Below are positions 31,131 to 42,901 of a stretch of 64,000 nt of DNA, piece by piece. The notes beneath the pieces were generated by a model, which had not been told where the DNA came from, searched no databases, and saw only the letters and a program-made list of their open reading frames with translations. How positions within the stretch are numbered: the stretch's first letter is position 1; each line of letters begins with the position of its first letter. Origin of the DNA: Chlamydiales bacterium (GTDB taxonomy: Bacteria; Chlamydiota; Chlamydiia; Chlamydiales; JAAZZY01); the NCBI GenBank assembly GCA_965206695.1, contig CBDBKM010000010.1:128001-192000 (forward strand), in the 5' to 3' direction. The position numbers and the translations under genes are program-made.

Positions 31131-31550
31131 CTAGGGCAGCTTAATTGGCGTACCATCAGCGGTAGTTTTTTTAATGAGCGCTTGGGTACCATGCTCATCT
31201 ATATAACCTGTTATATCGAGTATACGCTTGCGATTTCGTTTTACAGTGTTACGTGATGGGAAAGGGAGGTGCCACTTGTATGCATTATTATAATGGCGAT
31301 ATAAATAACGAATGTCCGCTTTAACTTCAGAAAAGGTAAAAGAAAATAAATGTTGTTTCGCTTTGAAATAACCCAATTGCAAATGGACATACAGGGCAAT
31401 ATGCGCCTTTTTTATGCCCGAAATGAAAATACTTTCTTCCTGTGACAATTGAAAATAATAAGCACGTTCTTGTTCACCAAAATGGGGGAAGCCATAGTAG
31501 TATTCGTAATCAACAGGATTTAGTAACTGTAGACGATGTGATCTAGCCAA
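31131..31550 (-). pseudogene. Tn3-family transposase N-terminal (DUF4158-like) fragment
   Basis: RLQLL..YYYGFPHF..ERAYYFQLS..LQLGYFKAKQHLF; truncated. Confidence 0.8.
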
Positions 31551-31930
31551 TGGCTTTTTCCCCTGTTTTTAAATAGTTGTAAAACGAAGGCCGGCTGATC
31601 GAGAAAATTTTACAGATTTCGTCAACGGTTAATTTACCTTCGTTATAATGGGCATTGAGTTTCTTAGTGTCATCGGCATTTAATAATGCAGGACGACCAC
31701 CAATTCGTCCACGCGCCCGTGCCGCCTTTAATCCCGCATTGGTTCTGTCACGAATTAAATCTCGCTCAAATTCGGCTAGCGCACTGAAAATATGGAAAAT
31801 CAGTTTCCCGCCGGTGCTGCCGGTATCAATATTTTCTTGCAAACTCGTGAAAGCTACTTTCTGCTTTTCAAGCACGATCATGGTATCAATTAAATGTTGC
31901 AGTGAGCGCCCTAATCGATCCAACTTCCAT
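31543..31930 (-). pseudogene. Tn3-family serine resolvase lacking its catalytic N-terminus
   Basis: WKLDRLGRSL..IDT..GKLIFHIFSALAEFERDLIRDRTNAGLKAARARGRIGGRP plus HTH. Confidence 0.85.
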
Positions 31931-32165
31931 ATAAGTTACTGATATTGGCAGATAAAAAACTGCCTCCCCTGAATAAAATCTTAAAACAGGCACTTAACTA
32001 GCGGTTCGGGATCATTTTTGGGCGAAATGGGAAAAACCCCTAATAGCTTTGGTCGGGCTTCTATTTTCCGGCCCGATGCTCATATAGAAACTTTTGCTGA
32101 GATGATTATTCAAAAGAAATCGGAAATGAGTATGCGACGTTAAAGCATGTTTAAAAGTTCAAACA

Positions 32166-33005
32166 TCAGATTGCATGACTTAGATTTCTTAAGCGCTTGC
32201 CATTTAACGCATTCCAGTGGGTGGTATAAATTGAACCATCAGGATTTTGAACCTCGATTCGAAAAACGGGTAAGAATATCTCAGTAACAGATCGAATGGA
32301 AAAATCTTGTCCGAAAGCGAGGTTAGCAATTTTTTCAATTTGACTTTTACTATATCTTTTGGTTGCTCGATTAGCACCTTTATAAGGTTGAGTCACTAAC
32401 CAATGATCAATGCGTGTTGCCGGTAAAACAAGTATTTTAGGTGTTTCAAAATGCAAGCGATAATCATTACCACTTTGAACGACTAATTTCTTCTTCTTAC
32501 AACTATCGATCCAAGCATCTAATAATTCCGATTCGATATGAATACGGTTACCGAGTTCTTTACGGCTCATTGAACCACCGGTACCGGAAAGGGCATTAAT
32601 TATCTTAAAATCGCTTTGGTCTGCATTTGCATTGATACAGTCTTCAAAACCGTGGGTTTTTTCCCAAGATTGAGTTGAGATAACCATTTCTCCATCATCC
32701 ATTCCCCATAAAATAGACCCTTCCCCGGTAGTAGCATCAGGACGGCTATATTTCACTTTCATTAAAAGATAAGGATAAAAACGAAGAACGGGTTCTAAAA
32801 ATTCATGTTGCTCATCTTTCAATAATTCTCGGCGATGAGTATCCATAATGGCTTCAGCTGAATAACGAATTTCTAAAGTATGAAATTCTCCCGTATCAAA
32901 GTGTTGTTGGGTAAATTGTCTGACATATTTGTTATTATTACCAAAATGCCAAATACCATAACCGAGTACTGTAATGCTTAAAATTGTGATGATTAAGCGG
33001 ATCAT
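32166..33005 (-). CDS. Conserved hypothetical protein with N-terminal membrane anchor
   Basis: 279-aa intact ORF co-oriented downstream of rho. Confidence 0.75.
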   Translation of the reverse strand: MIRLIITILSITVLGYGIWHFGNNNKYVRQFTQQHFDTGEFHTLEIRYSAEAIMDTHRRELLKDEQHEFLEPVLRFYPYLLMKVKYSRPDATTGEGSILWGMDDGEMVISTQSWEKTHGFEDCINANADQSDFKIINALSGTGGSMSRKELGNRIHIESELLDAWIDSCKKKKLVVQSGNDYRLHFETPKILVLPATRIDHWLVTQPYKGANRATKRYSKSQIEKIANLAFGQDFSIRSVTEIFLPVFRIEVQNPDGSIYTTHWNALNGKRLRNLSHAI

Positions 33006-33064
33006 ATCAACTACCTTACCTCTATATTTTATACCCTATTCCTTATAATACTTTATTAAAAGGT

Positions 33065-34591
33065 TTAGTCTTTCATTGAAAGAAGAAATTCAGCATTGCT
33101 ATTCGTTTTCTTTAATCTTCCTAATAAAAGTTTCATCGCATCTTGAGGAGCTAAGTCAGCAGTTGCTTGGCGCAAAACGTAAATTTTCTCTAACTCAGAA
33201 GGATGATAAAGAAGTTCTTCTTTACGTGTTCCGCTTTTAAGAAGGTCGATAGCAGGGTAAGTTCTTCGGTCGGAGAGTCGTCTATCAAGAACAAGTTCCA
33301 TGTTACCTGTACCTTTAAATTCCTCGAAGATAACTTCGTCCATTCTAGAACCTGTATCAATCAACGCTGTGGCAATAATGGTTAATGAACCGCCTTCTTC
33401 GATATTTCTGGCAGCACCAAAAAAACGTTTAGGTTTATGAAGCGCATTGGCATCAACACCACCGGTTAGAATTTTTCCGGAGTGTGGCTCCACGGTATTA
33501 TAAGCTCTAGCTAATCTCGTGATAGAGTCTAGTAAGATAACAACATCATAACCACATTCAACTAGGCGTCGGCCTTTTTCAATTGCCATTTCAGATACTT
33601 GGACATGTCTCTCCGGTGGCTCGTCAAATGTAGATGCGATGACTTCACCATGTTTAATAAGACGTTGCATATCGGTAACTTCTTCCGGGCGCTCACCAAT
33701 TAATAAAACGATTAAAGTAACTTCCGGATTATTGACTCCAATTGAGTTTGCTATATTTTGCAAAATAACTGTTTTCCCTGATCTTGGAGGGGCAACAATA
33801 AGAGCTCTTTGGCCTTTTCCGATTGGAGCAGCCAGATCAAGAACACGAGTGGTTAAGTTCCCTTTATCCGTTTCCATAACAAGGCGTGCATCAGGATAGA
33901 GAGGAGTTAAATTTTCAAATAACACTCTTTCTTTAGCGAGTTCAGGCGATTTTCGATTGACACTTTCAACTTTTAAAAGAGCAAAATATTTTTCTTTTTC
34001 TTTTGGAGGACGGATTGAACCATTAAGTAAGTCTCCTTTTTTTAACTCAAAACGACGAATCTGTGCAGGGGAGACATAGATATCTTCAGCAGAAGGAAGA
34101 TAATTATAGGTAGTCGAACGCAAGAAACCAAAGCCATCAGGTAAGACTTCTAAGACACCTTCAGCATAGAGTACTTCATTTGGTCGATTGGACTTAGTTT
34201 TTACAATTTCAAAAACCATTTGAGATTTGGTTAATAAACTTAAATTTTTGATACCGATTGATTTGGCATAAGTATTCAGCTCTTCGATAGTCATTCGTTG
34301 TAATTCAGAGACTTTCGTAATCTTTTGAGGAGCCGGGGTATTTTCTTGAGAAGAGCCATTCATTTCAGGTTCTTGCTTGTCTTTTGGGTTTCTTTTATCA
34401 GTGTAAGAGATATTGTGCTTGTGATTAGGGTTCATCTGATGGGGGGGAGATTGAAAATCTGTTTTTAGAGATGGGTTTTTTTTGTTTTTTTCATCTGAAG
34501 TTGAGTTTTTTGTATCTCGTTTTTCAGTATCATTATCGTGTCCATTTGGTACATCTGATAAGCTATGTTCTTGTTTCATTGAATATTTCAC
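33065..34591 (-). CDS. rho: Transcription termination factor Rho with polar N-terminal extension
   Basis: [44 protein letters not shown]. Confidence 0.97.
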   Translation of the reverse strand: MKYSMKQEHSLSDVPNGHDNDTEKRDTKNSTSDEKNKKNPSLKTDFQSPPHQMNPNHKHNISYTDKRNPKDKQEPEMNGSSQENTPAPQKITKVSELQRMTIEELNTYAKSIGIKNLSLLTKSQMVFEIVKTKSNRPNEVLYAEGVLEVLPDGFGFLRSTTYNYLPSAEDIYVSPAQIRRFELKKGDLLNGSIRPPKEKEKYFALLKVESVNRKSPELAKERVLFENLTPLYPDARLVMETDKGNLTTRVLDLAAPIGKGQRALIVAPPRSGKTVILQNIANSIGVNNPEVTLIVLLIGERPEEVTDMQRLIKHGEVIASTFDEPPERHVQVSEMAIEKGRRLVECGYDVVILLDSITRLARAYNTVEPHSGKILTGGVDANALHKPKRFFGAARNIEEGGSLTIIATALIDTGSRMDEVIFEEFKGTGNMELVLDRRLSDRRTYPAIDLLKSGTRKEELLYHPSELEKIYVLRQATADLAPQDAMKLLLGRLKKTNSNAEFLLSMKD

Positions 34592-34621
34592 TCCTTAAAT
34601 AGTAAGTTTAAACACAAGATC

Positions 34622-35230
34622 TTATCTTGACTTTATGAGATTAGAAAAGACTTGTTCTACGGTTTGTTTTAAATCTTCAAAGCTTCCATTATTTTTAATT
34701 ACAATATCAGCCTTTTTAGCTTTTTCTTTTGGATTCATCTGTCTTACCATTCGCAAATCGTATTCTTCGTCAGTGTAACCGGTTGATTTTTTAAATCTTT
34801 CTTGAGACAGTTCTACATCACATATGACAGTAATTACTACATCATAACAATCATTGTCTCCAACTTCAAATAACAGAGGAAATTCGACTACAAAGAGGGA
34901 ATCATGCTGCCCGGTTTGAAATTTTTTATACTCGTTTTCAATTTCTTTTTTGACTTCAGGATGAAGGATTTTTTCAAGATCTTGTAATAATTGTGAATTA
35001 TTAAATACTTTTTGTGCAATTTTTTTGCGATGTAATTCATCGTTCACAATTACTGCTTTACCCAACAGGTTGATAATTTTCTGTTTCAAATAGGATTGGT
35101 TAGATAGTAATTTATGAATGATTGCATCTGCGCTAATATAATAGGCGCCTTTATCTTTAAAAATATTGCAAACAGTAGTTTTACCGGAGGATAGACTGCC
35201 TGTTACTGCAATTTTATTTGAACTTAACAT
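34622..35230 (-). CDS. coaE: Dephospho-CoA kinase
   Basis: IAVTGSLSSGKTT, ILHPEV, PLLFE. Confidence 0.93.
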   Translation of the reverse strand: MLSSNKIAVTGSLSSGKTTVCNIFKDKGAYYISADAIIHKLLSNQSYLKQKIINLLGKAVIVNDELHRKKIAQKVFNNSQLLQDLEKILHPEVKKEIENEYKKFQTGQHDSLFVVEFPLLFEVGDNDCYDVVITVICDVELSQERFKKSTGYTDEEYDLRMVRQMNPKEKAKKADIVIKNNGSFEDLKQTVEQVFSNLIKSR

Positions 35231-37893
35231 TCTTTCCAATTTTTGCCAATCTTAATATCTACGAGCAATGGTACATCTAAATGATGTATATGCTCCATTG
35301 CAAGGCGAACAATTTCTTGCATTTCAACCAGTTCATTATCAAGGACCTCTAGAATTAGTTCATCATGAATTTGAAGTATAATAAAACTTTGCTTTTGCTT
35401 TTGTGTCAAGAGTTCATCAAGTTTGATCATTGCTTTTTTTATAATATCGGCATTTGATCCTTGAATAGGAGTATTAATAGCGAGACGTTCAGCGGCCATT
35501 CTTAAATTATTATTTTTACTGTTGATTTCAGGAATAGGGCGAATTCTTCCTGCAATGGTTTTTGCTATCCCTGACTCTTTAGCTTTTTGTTTACAGCTTT
35601 TAATAAATTCTTTTACTTTACTGTAGCGATCGAAGTACCTTTCAATAAATTCATTGGCCTCTTTGACGGTAATGCCGAGCTGTTGTGAAAGACCAAAGGA
35701 TTGCTGACCGTATATAATACCAAAATTCACAGCTTTTGCTTGGTATCGCTGTATATCTGAAACTTGATCTAACGGAATATGGAACATATGTGAAGCAGTA
35801 GAAATATGAATATCTTCATTATTTCTAAATGCGGATAACAGATTCGGGTCTTGGCAAAAATGTGCTAAAATTCGCAATTCAATTTGAGAATAGTCAGCCG
35901 CTAAATAACTCCAGCCTGCTTTTTCAGGTTTGAATGCTGCTCTAATTTCTTTTCCTGCTTTTGAACGAACCGGAATATTTTGAAGGTTAGGGTTTTGAGA
36001 TGAAAGCCTTCCGGTTGCTGTAATAAACTGATTAAAACTGCAATGAACTCGCCCGGTTTTCGGATAAACTTCTTTGATTAATGATTCAGTATAGGTTGAG
36101 CGCAGTTTTTCTAAAGTTCTAAACTCAAGAATTTTTTCAATAATAGAATGAGTTCCCTTTAAGGATTCTAAGACTTGAGCATTTGTAGAAAAACCCGTTT
36201 TATTTTTTTTAGGAGGTGTAATCTGAAGCTTATCAAAAAGGATATAAGCTAATTGTTTCGGCGATTTTATATTAATGTCTTCTTCAGCAATATTATGAAT
36301 ATCTTTTTCAAGTACTTGAATTTGTTGATTTAATTTTAAAGATAAATTGTTCAAGTACGGGATATCAACAAAAATGCCATTCCTCTCCATCTTTGCTAAG
36401 ACCTTTATAAGAGGCAATTCAATAAAATTAAATAAATCCCAAAGGCTTGAATCATGTAGTTGTTTTTCTAAAAGGGCTTTAAGGCGTATGGTATAGTCTA
36501 CATCGGCACAGCAGTAATCTTTAACATCATCAATAGGGACATCTTTCATAGTGATAGCATCTTTCCCCTTTCCGATAAGCTCACTTATAGGTGTTTTATG
36601 CGTATCAAAATACTTTAGAGCTAATGCGTCTAAAGAATGTTGTCTGAGATGTGGAGTCAGCAAATAAGATGCTAAGAGAGTATCAAAAGCGATATTGGCA
36701 ATAGTAATTCCATAATTTAATAAGATATGGAAATCATATTTAATGTTATGGCCGTAAAAACCGATAGATGGGTTTTCAAATAATGGACGAAGCCTTTCAA
36801 TGACTTGTTTACAACCTAATTGACCATTAGCCGGGATATAATAGGCTTCTTTTTCTTTGATACCCACACCTATACCTACAAGTTCTGCTGCGATAGGGTG
36901 CTTATTGGTCGTTTCGGTATCCAAACAAATTAACTTTTCGTTTGCTAACACCTTAATTAAAAAATCCAGATCAGAAGCGGTATCAATTAAATGATAGGTA
37001 AAGGAAGGATCAGTGTCTTCGACCACTTCTTGTTCCGCGCCTAACCTCATATCCTTGATAAGGGTGTGAAAGTCCATTGTAGAGAAAAAATCTTTTAATT
37101 TTTCTTGATCACTAGGTTGTAATTTGAAAAAGTCAATCTCTTTGGGAAAAGGAACATTTGTATGTAATGTTACTAAGGCTTTGCTTAGTTTTGCTAGCTC
37201 AGATTCGGCTTTAATCGTTTCTTGTTTCTTTTTTCCCGGAACTTGATCAGGGTTTGCTAAAATATTTTCAAGAGTGTTCATCTGCTTTAATAGAGTCGCG
37301 GCTGTTTTAGGGCCGAATCCGGAAAGGCCGGGGACATTATCTGATGCGTCTCCGGCAATGGCTAAATAATCAATAATCTGATCCGGCCTTACACCATAGA
37401 TTTCTTCTACTTTTTCTTTATTAAGGATTAAATTATCTTGGTGAGTATTGAGAAGAAAAATACGATCAGAAACTAATTGGCAAAGATCTTTATCACTAGA
37501 ACATAAAAAAACTTCGGAGCCTTGTTTAGATGCCCATAGGGCAATACTACCTATTGTATCATCCGCTTCTACTTCCTTAATACTTAAAAAAGGGATACCC
37601 GCCAATTTACAGAATTGGCGGGCCCGTTTAATTTGATAACGAAGATCTTCAGGTGTCTCTTTGCGATTTTGTTTGTAGTCAGGATAGATCTTTAGCCTGT
37701 GAGTAATACTGCCGGGACCATCAAATACAGCAACGATATGGGACGGATTAAAATCTTTAAATAATCGTAAAATAGATCGTATAAAGCCATAGAGTGCGTT
37801 AGTAGATTCTCCTTTACTATTTGTCAGATAGCGAATAGCAAAATAAGAACGAAATAAAAAACATGAGGCGTCAAGAATAAACAATTTTTGCAT
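35224..37893 (-). CDS. polA: DNA polymerase I
   Basis: 5'-3' exonuclease EADD and GDASDN; LDTET; TGRLSS..NLQNIP; ADYSQIELR; QIHDEL. Confidence 0.97.
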   Translation of the reverse strand: MQKLFILDASCFLFRSYFAIRYLTNSKGESTNALYGFIRSILRLFKDFNPSHIVAVFDGPGSITHRLKIYPDYKQNRKETPEDLRYQIKRARQFCKLAGIPFLSIKEVEADDTIGSIALWASKQGSEVFLCSSDKDLCQLVSDRIFLLNTHQDNLILNKEKVEEIYGVRPDQIIDYLAIAGDASDNVPGLSGFGPKTAATLLKQMNTLENILANPDQVPGKKKQETIKAESELAKLSKALVTLHTNVPFPKEIDFFKLQPSDQEKLKDFFSTMDFHTLIKDMRLGAEQEVVEDTDPSFTYHLIDTASDLDFLIKVLANEKLICLDTETTNKHPIAAELVGIGVGIKEKEAYYIPANGQLGCKQVIERLRPLFENPSIGFYGHNIKYDFHILLNYGITIANIAFDTLLASYLLTPHLRQHSLDALALKYFDTHKTPISELIGKGKDAITMKDVPIDDVKDYCCADVDYTIRLKALLEKQLHDSSLWDLFNFIELPLIKVLAKMERNGIFVDIPYLNNLSLKLNQQIQVLEKDIHNIAEEDINIKSPKQLAYILFDKLQITPPKKNKTGFSTNAQVLESLKGTHSIIEKILEFRTLEKLRSTYTESLIKEVYPKTGRVHCSFNQFITATGRLSSQNPNLQNIPVRSKAGKEIRAAFKPEKAGWSYLAADYSQIELRILAHFCQDPNLLSAFRNNEDIHISTASHMFHIPLDQVSDIQRYQAKAVNFGIIYGQQSFGLSQQLGITVKEANEFIERYFDRYSKVKEFIKSCKQKAKESGIAKTIAGRIRPIPEINSKNNNLRMAAERLAINTPIQGSNADIIKKAMIKLDELLTQKQKQSFIILQIHDELILEVLDNELVEMQEIVRLAMEHIHHLDVPLLVDIKIGKNWKEC

Positions 37894-37960
37894 AAAACCA
37901 TCTGATTTTTTACAGGATAAAAGAAGCATTTATCATTTAAAGAGATCGAGAGTCTTTACT

Positions 37961-38998
37961 TTAACTGCGAATGTATAGTGCTTCATTTAAGATTCCTTCA
38001 TTCATTCCTGCATTTAGATTTAAGGAGTGCTTTAATTTTCCGGTGATCATAGGGGATTGTATTTTAAATAGATCAGTAAGCTTATGTTTCGTTTTAAATT
38101 GAACAACTTGATAATGCTGTTGTTCATTAATTCCTGCATCACCGGCTAATTTATTTAAGACTTCTGTCATACTATATCCATAATCATCAATATAGCCCAA
38201 TTCTGTCGCTTTGGGAGCAGTGAAAATTTTAGCGCCATAATCATTAATTAACTCTTCCTTACTCAATTTAGGACGTCCTTTTACTACGATATCGACAAAT
38301 CGATTATAGTAATAATCTGTTATCACTCTGAATCCGTCACTCTCATTAGGGAGCCAGGGGCGTAAAGGGTTCATGGCATCTTTTTGTTTACCGGCAGTGA
38401 CGGTCATTGTTTCGATGCCTAATTTTGTAAGAGCATCTGAGACATTAAAAAATGGGAAAAGAGCCACTCCTACTGAGCCAATGATACTCATGTCTGTAGC
38501 ATAGATTTTATCTGTTGCAGCGGCAATATACATTCCGCCGGAGGCACATTCGCCATCAACAAATGTATAAATAGGAATATTATATTTCTTTTTATAATCC
38601 AGTAGATGTCTATAGATTGTATCTGCGGGTACGGCATACCCCCCGGGAGAACTCATATATAGAAGAATGCCTTTTACTTGATCATTTCTGAAGAGTCCTA
38701 TTCTAGATTCATTTAAATAGGATTGAATCTTTTCACCGGTTACTTCTCCCGCTCCAATAATTCCTTTAATATCTATTCTTAAAATAATAGGTGTGTTAGA
38801 GGCTACCAGCGCTCGTTTCCCTCCGGAATCCGGTTCGATAATTTCAATATTTGAAGGTTCTTCACCGGCTGATGAGAGAAGAAATCCAAAAGCCAAGCTT
38901 ACAGGGATAAGAGCTATAAAGAATCCAATGACAGAAAAAAAAGCGATACACAAAGAGCGAATAGAAGAACTAAAGATTGATTCCCGAGCAATTTTCAT
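37961..38998 (-). CDS. S49 family signal peptide peptidase (SppA/SohB-like)
   Basis: SPGG, ASGGMYIA, IIGSVGV. Confidence 0.9.
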   Translation of the reverse strand: MKIARESIFSSSIRSLCIAFFSVIGFFIALIPVSLAFGFLLSSAGEEPSNIEIIEPDSGGKRALVASNTPIILRIDIKGIIGAGEVTGEKIQSYLNESRIGLFRNDQVKGILLYMSSPGGYAVPADTIYRHLLDYKKKYNIPIYTFVDGECASGGMYIAAATDKIYATDMSIIGSVGVALFPFFNVSDALTKLGIETMTVTAGKQKDAMNPLRPWLPNESDGFRVITDYYYNRFVDIVVKGRPKLSKEELINDYGAKIFTAPKATELGYIDDYGYSMTEVLNKLAGDAGINEQQHYQVVQFKTKHKLTDLFKIQSPMITGKLKHSLNLNAGMNEGILNEALYIRS

Positions 38999-39283
38999 GG
39001 AGTAGACCTAAAGTGATAATTAATCAAAGAAAAGCATGATAACAGGCGGTGATTTTTAATCCAATGATTAGACTTGTTGCGTAATAAAAGTTGTATCAGT
39101 TTAGCTCGTTTTAAAGGTCCTTCAATCATCTAACCACCTCTATATTTTTCTGAAACAACAGATCAGAAATCGGTAAAAATTTAAATCACAACACGTCTAT
39201 TCAAAAATTCAAGATCTTGCATTGTTAATTTCTTTTAGTTATAACCTTTTGGTATAAGTAGCTAGTATTAGTCAAGGAAAGGC

Positions 39284-40387
39284 ATGAAAGGCATAAAGAT
39301 TTTTTTTGAAAGCAATATCGGTTTGATCGTTCAAGAATGTATTATTTTAGCACTCATTTTTGCTGTAAATTTTATTATTAAATTTATCATAAGACGAATC
39401 GAATGCAGTGTAAATAAAAAGCAACAAAATGACCTTTTTCATCAATATTTTGTCCGTGATATATCACGCCCCATAAGAATATTAATTTGGGTGCTTGGTA
39501 TTGCCTATATGCTCCATCGCCTTTTTATTGCTCTTTATGGTGAACAGAATTTAAGCAATTTCTTTGATCAGTTTAGGGATGTCGTTTTAGTGGTCGCTGT
39601 GGGATGGTTTATATTTGAACTTAAAAAACAGTTTAAATATGCCGTAATAAAGAAAAGTAAGAGTAAAAAAAGATCGCTAGATTATACCAAGATAGATCTT
39701 TTTTCCAAGTTAGGTACGATCACGATCATTATCCTTACCGGTTTGATCCTCCTTGAAACCTTAGGAGTTGATATTGCCGCTTTAATCGCTTTTGGAGGAG
39801 TTGGTGGTATCGCTGTGGGTTTTGCCGCTAAAGATATTATTTCCAATTTTTTTGGCGGTATGATGATTCATATCAGTCGTCCTTTTGCAGTAGGGGACTG
39901 GATTTATACAATTGATAGGAAAATTGAAGGAACGGTTTTAGAAATTGGATATTATATGACCAAAATTCGCAGTTTTGAAAGGCGACCAATTTATGTACCT
40001 AATGCGCTTTTTTCCTCATCAACAATAGTCAATGCTTCTCGAATGAGTAAAAGAAGAATTAAGCACTCAATAGGGGTTCGTTATAATGACTTTGCTGCTA
40101 TTGCTCCTATAACTGAAACTATTTATAAAATGCTTAGAGAGCATAAACGAATCGATCAAGAAGATACAATGTTGGTGAACTTCCATAGTTATGGCGAGAG
40201 TTCTCTAGATATTTTAGTATATACTTATGCAAATACAATCGTCTGGAAAGAATGGTTAGAGGTTCAACAAGATGTGTTATTAAAGATTGGAGAAATAATC
40301 AGAGATCATGGAGCTGACATTGCCTTTCCGACAAGGACCTTAGATCTACCCAATCAAGATATAATGATGGAAGGCTTTAAGAAATAA
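39284..40387 (+). CDS. MscS-family mechanosensitive channel
   Basis: GVGGIAVGFAAKDIISNFFGG, PFAVGDWI, IAFPT. Confidence 0.93.
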   Translation: MKGIKIFFESNIGLIVQECIILALIFAVNFIIKFIIRRIECSVNKKQQNDLFHQYFVRDISRPIRILIWVLGIAYMLHRLFIALYGEQNLSNFFDQFRDVVLVVAVGWFIFELKKQFKYAVIKKSKSKKRSLDYTKIDLFSKLGTITIIILTGLILLETLGVDIAALIAFGGVGGIAVGFAAKDIISNFFGGMMIHISRPFAVGDWIYTIDRKIEGTVLEIGYYMTKIRSFERRPIYVPNALFSSSTIVNASRMSKRRIKHSIGVRYNDFAAIAPITETIYKMLREHKRIDQEDTMLVNFHSYGESSLDILVYTYANTIVWKEWLEVQQDVLLKIGEIIRDHGADIAFPTRTLDLPNQDIMMEGFKK

Positions 40388-40516
40388 CTATTTTAGCGAT
40401 TTTTGAACACGGACTCCTCTTCTATGAGCTAGCCGGATTATGCAATCTATTTTCCTCTAAAATATTTACGTGATAAATTCTTTTTTACAGATTACAAGAA
40501 CAAACTTTTTAAATAT

Positions 40517-40860
40517 GTCTTTTCAACTATGAAGTGCGACCAATAGGGAGTATCTGAAAATGGCCAAATGTCGGTAAAAACTCTATAGTAAATTTTTGAT
40601 AAAAAATATTGTAGAGGGATGTTTATGCCTAAAAGCTACCGGCATGTCACCCATGAGCAACGGTGCCAAATATATACTTGAAAATGAAGAGGAGATTCAA
40701 TTGCCTGCATAGGCAAAGAAATTAAAGTAGGCAAGTTTACCGTTTATCGAGAGTTACAAAAAAATAGCGACGGCCGACAGTATATTTATTTTTCAGCACA
40801 AAAAAAATCTGAAGAACAACGATCAATAGCTTGTTGTTAAACTAAAAAAATGCGCCCTGA
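40517..40860 (+). pseudogene. IS30 left end and decayed transposase N-terminus
   Basis: IR TTTTCAACTATGAAGTGC; MPKSYRHVTHEQRCQIYTCK-like start resembling 19524-19400. Confidence 0.75.
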
Positions 40861-40994
40861 GAAGTTTTTTCAGAAAAATGTAGAGGCCGGCAGATGATTG
40901 AAGGGCTTTGTAAAACGAGCTACACTGATACCACTTTTATTGTGCAACAAGTCTATTAAATTATTCCGGGAAATTTAGCCGGAGCGCAACACAC

Positions 40995-41150
40995 CTTGTT
41001 CTTACTCCTTCCAATACGTTGGCCTTTTCTACCAATATGTTTTCTATAAAAGAGATATTTAAATCGGGCGGATTAATGACAGTATTTGCATTAATTTTGA
41101 TTTTAATCGGATTTGAATTGGTAATAACACCTACTTTTTGCCCAATAATT
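40995..41150 (+). pseudogene. Possible C-terminal remnant of a DASS/SLC13 transporter
   Basis: LVLTPSNTLAFSTNMFSIKEIFKSGGLMTVFALILI resembles the TPPNA..K.G C-terminal motif. Confidence 0.4.
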
Positions 41151-41561
41151 TATTATACGGTGATAAAATATTTTATCTTTTTACAAATGAGTTGTTTATA
41201 GAAATTGACTCTATAGTCACTTTATCAAAATCAAGTTACTATTCAAAAAAAAATAATATAAATATATGAGGTAAAAAAGAAGAGGTGAAGCGGATAAGGT
41301 CATCTTGAAGTAAAGTGAGTTATATCACTAAGGGGACCAAAAACAATAATTTAATAGACTTATATTAAGATAGTTAAGGTTTGTTATTAATTGATAGAGC
41401 TTTGAATAATCAATAGATTTCATAGCCGGCTAGAAAGCATAAAAAGAGTATAAGTAAAATAGGTAATTAACACTTGAATTTTGTTTAAGTAAAGTGCTAG
41501 AATGTCCATTTTTGTTTTCAAAATTATAAAGAATTTAAATTTCTATAATTAATTATTATAT

Positions 41562-42215
41562 ATGGAACAACTAATAAGTTTAATGTCAGAACATGCTCCA
41601 CACGCTCATTGGTGGTTTTTTGGTCTTTTAATGTTGGCCGGCTTAAATTTTCCAATAAGTGAAGATGTTATTTTGATAGCTAGTGGAGTGTTGGCTGCAA
41701 CGGTTGTTCCTGAAAATGCGTTTAAATTATTAGCCTTAGTTTTTATTGGCAGTTACTTATCTGACTGGGTTGCTTATTGGATTGGACGGAAATTTGCACC
41801 ATTGCTTTTGGAACACAAATGGTTGAGTCGGATGGTGAATAAGAAGAGATTGAATCAGGTTCATTCTTTTTATAAACGGTATGGCATTTTGACACTTCTC
41901 ATAGGAAGATTTATTCCATTCGGAGTAAGAAATTGTTTATTTATGTCTGCCGGAATCGGAAAAATGAAATTTGGGAAATTTATTTTAGCAGATGGAGTGG
42001 CTTGTCTACTTTCGAACTGTACCTTATTTTTCTTATCTTACTCATTCAGTCAACATTATGAAAGTTTATTGAATTATATAAAAGCAGCTAATGTTATTCT
42101 TTTCTCTCTTTTTGCTGTGACTGTAATCTTTATTATTTGGTATAAATATTCTAAAAAAAGGAAAGAGAAATCCAAGATAGAAAATTCAGAAAATGAGATT
42201 GGAAGTAGAAAGTAG
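41562..42215 (+). CDS. DedA-family membrane protein
   Basis: PISEDVILIASG, YWIGRKF, GRFIPFGVR. Confidence 0.92.
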   Translation: MEQLISLMSEHAPHAHWWFFGLLMLAGLNFPISEDVILIASGVLAATVVPENAFKLLALVFIGSYLSDWVAYWIGRKFAPLLLEHKWLSRMVNKKRLNQVHSFYKRYGILTLLIGRFIPFGVRNCLFMSAGIGKMKFGKFILADGVACLLSNCTLFFLSYSFSQHYESLLNYIKAANVILFSLFAVTVIFIIWYKYSKKRKEKSKIENSENEIGSRK

Positions 42216-42399
42216 AAAAAGTAATCAAAGAAGATAGTCCTCTGTAATTAAGTTCAGTCGTGACCATACTTAGAATTAGAATTGTATGGTTGACGGAATT
42301 AATTGCGTATGTTTCTATCCTGGAAAAATAGTTTTAAAAGATCGAATCTGTAATATATCTTTGAATTGTGTGTAAATTGGATTTAGGCTGAGAATAATT

Positions 42400-42900
42400 A
42401 TGTTAACAATTTCAAATACTTTATCGTTATTAAGAATTCCTGCAGCTCTTTTATTCTTAGTGGATAATGTTTACGTTCGATTGTCAGCGATAGCTTTAGC
42501 TATGCTAAGCGATTGCTTAGATGGTTATTTGGCAAGAAAACGGAAAACTGTCACTCAACTTGGGGCCGTTTTGGATCCTATGATGGATAAATTTTTTAAT
42601 TTTTTCGTTTTGACGGTTCTTGTTTTTGAACACCAATTAGAGCTTTGGCAAATGGCAGCGATTATTTCAAGAGATTTTTTTTTGTGTATATTTGCTCTTT
42701 ATTTGAGTTTAGTTAGAGCATGGGACAAATATCGTTGTCGTTCTTATTTTTGGGGAAAGCTTACAACGGTCTGTCAGTTTTTAGTTGTTATACTTATCGT
42801 TACCGGTGTTGTTATTCCGGATTTTGTATTGTTATTATTCATCCCATTGGGAATTTTTACCACATTAGAACTTTATTTAGGTTATAGGCAAACAGTTTAG
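42400..42900 (+). CDS. CDP-alcohol phosphatidyltransferase (PgsA-like)
   Basis: DCLDGYLAR..LGAVLDPMMDK. Confidence 0.9.
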   Translation: MLTISNTLSLLRIPAALLFLVDNVYVRLSAIALAMLSDCLDGYLARKRKTVTQLGAVLDPMMDKFFNFFVLTVLVFEHQLELWQMAAIISRDFFLCIFALYLSLVRAWDKYRCRSYFWGKLTTVCQFLVVILIVTGVVIPDFVLLLFIPLGIFTTLELYLGYRQTV

Positions 42901-42901
42901 G

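Noticed and set aside
31935..32142. Possible gene remnant downstream of the 279-aa ORF
   Set aside because: Short frames with no motif that could be assigned
34300..34591. Extended polar N-terminus of Rho
   Set aside because: N-terminal insertions in Rho are widespread and already described
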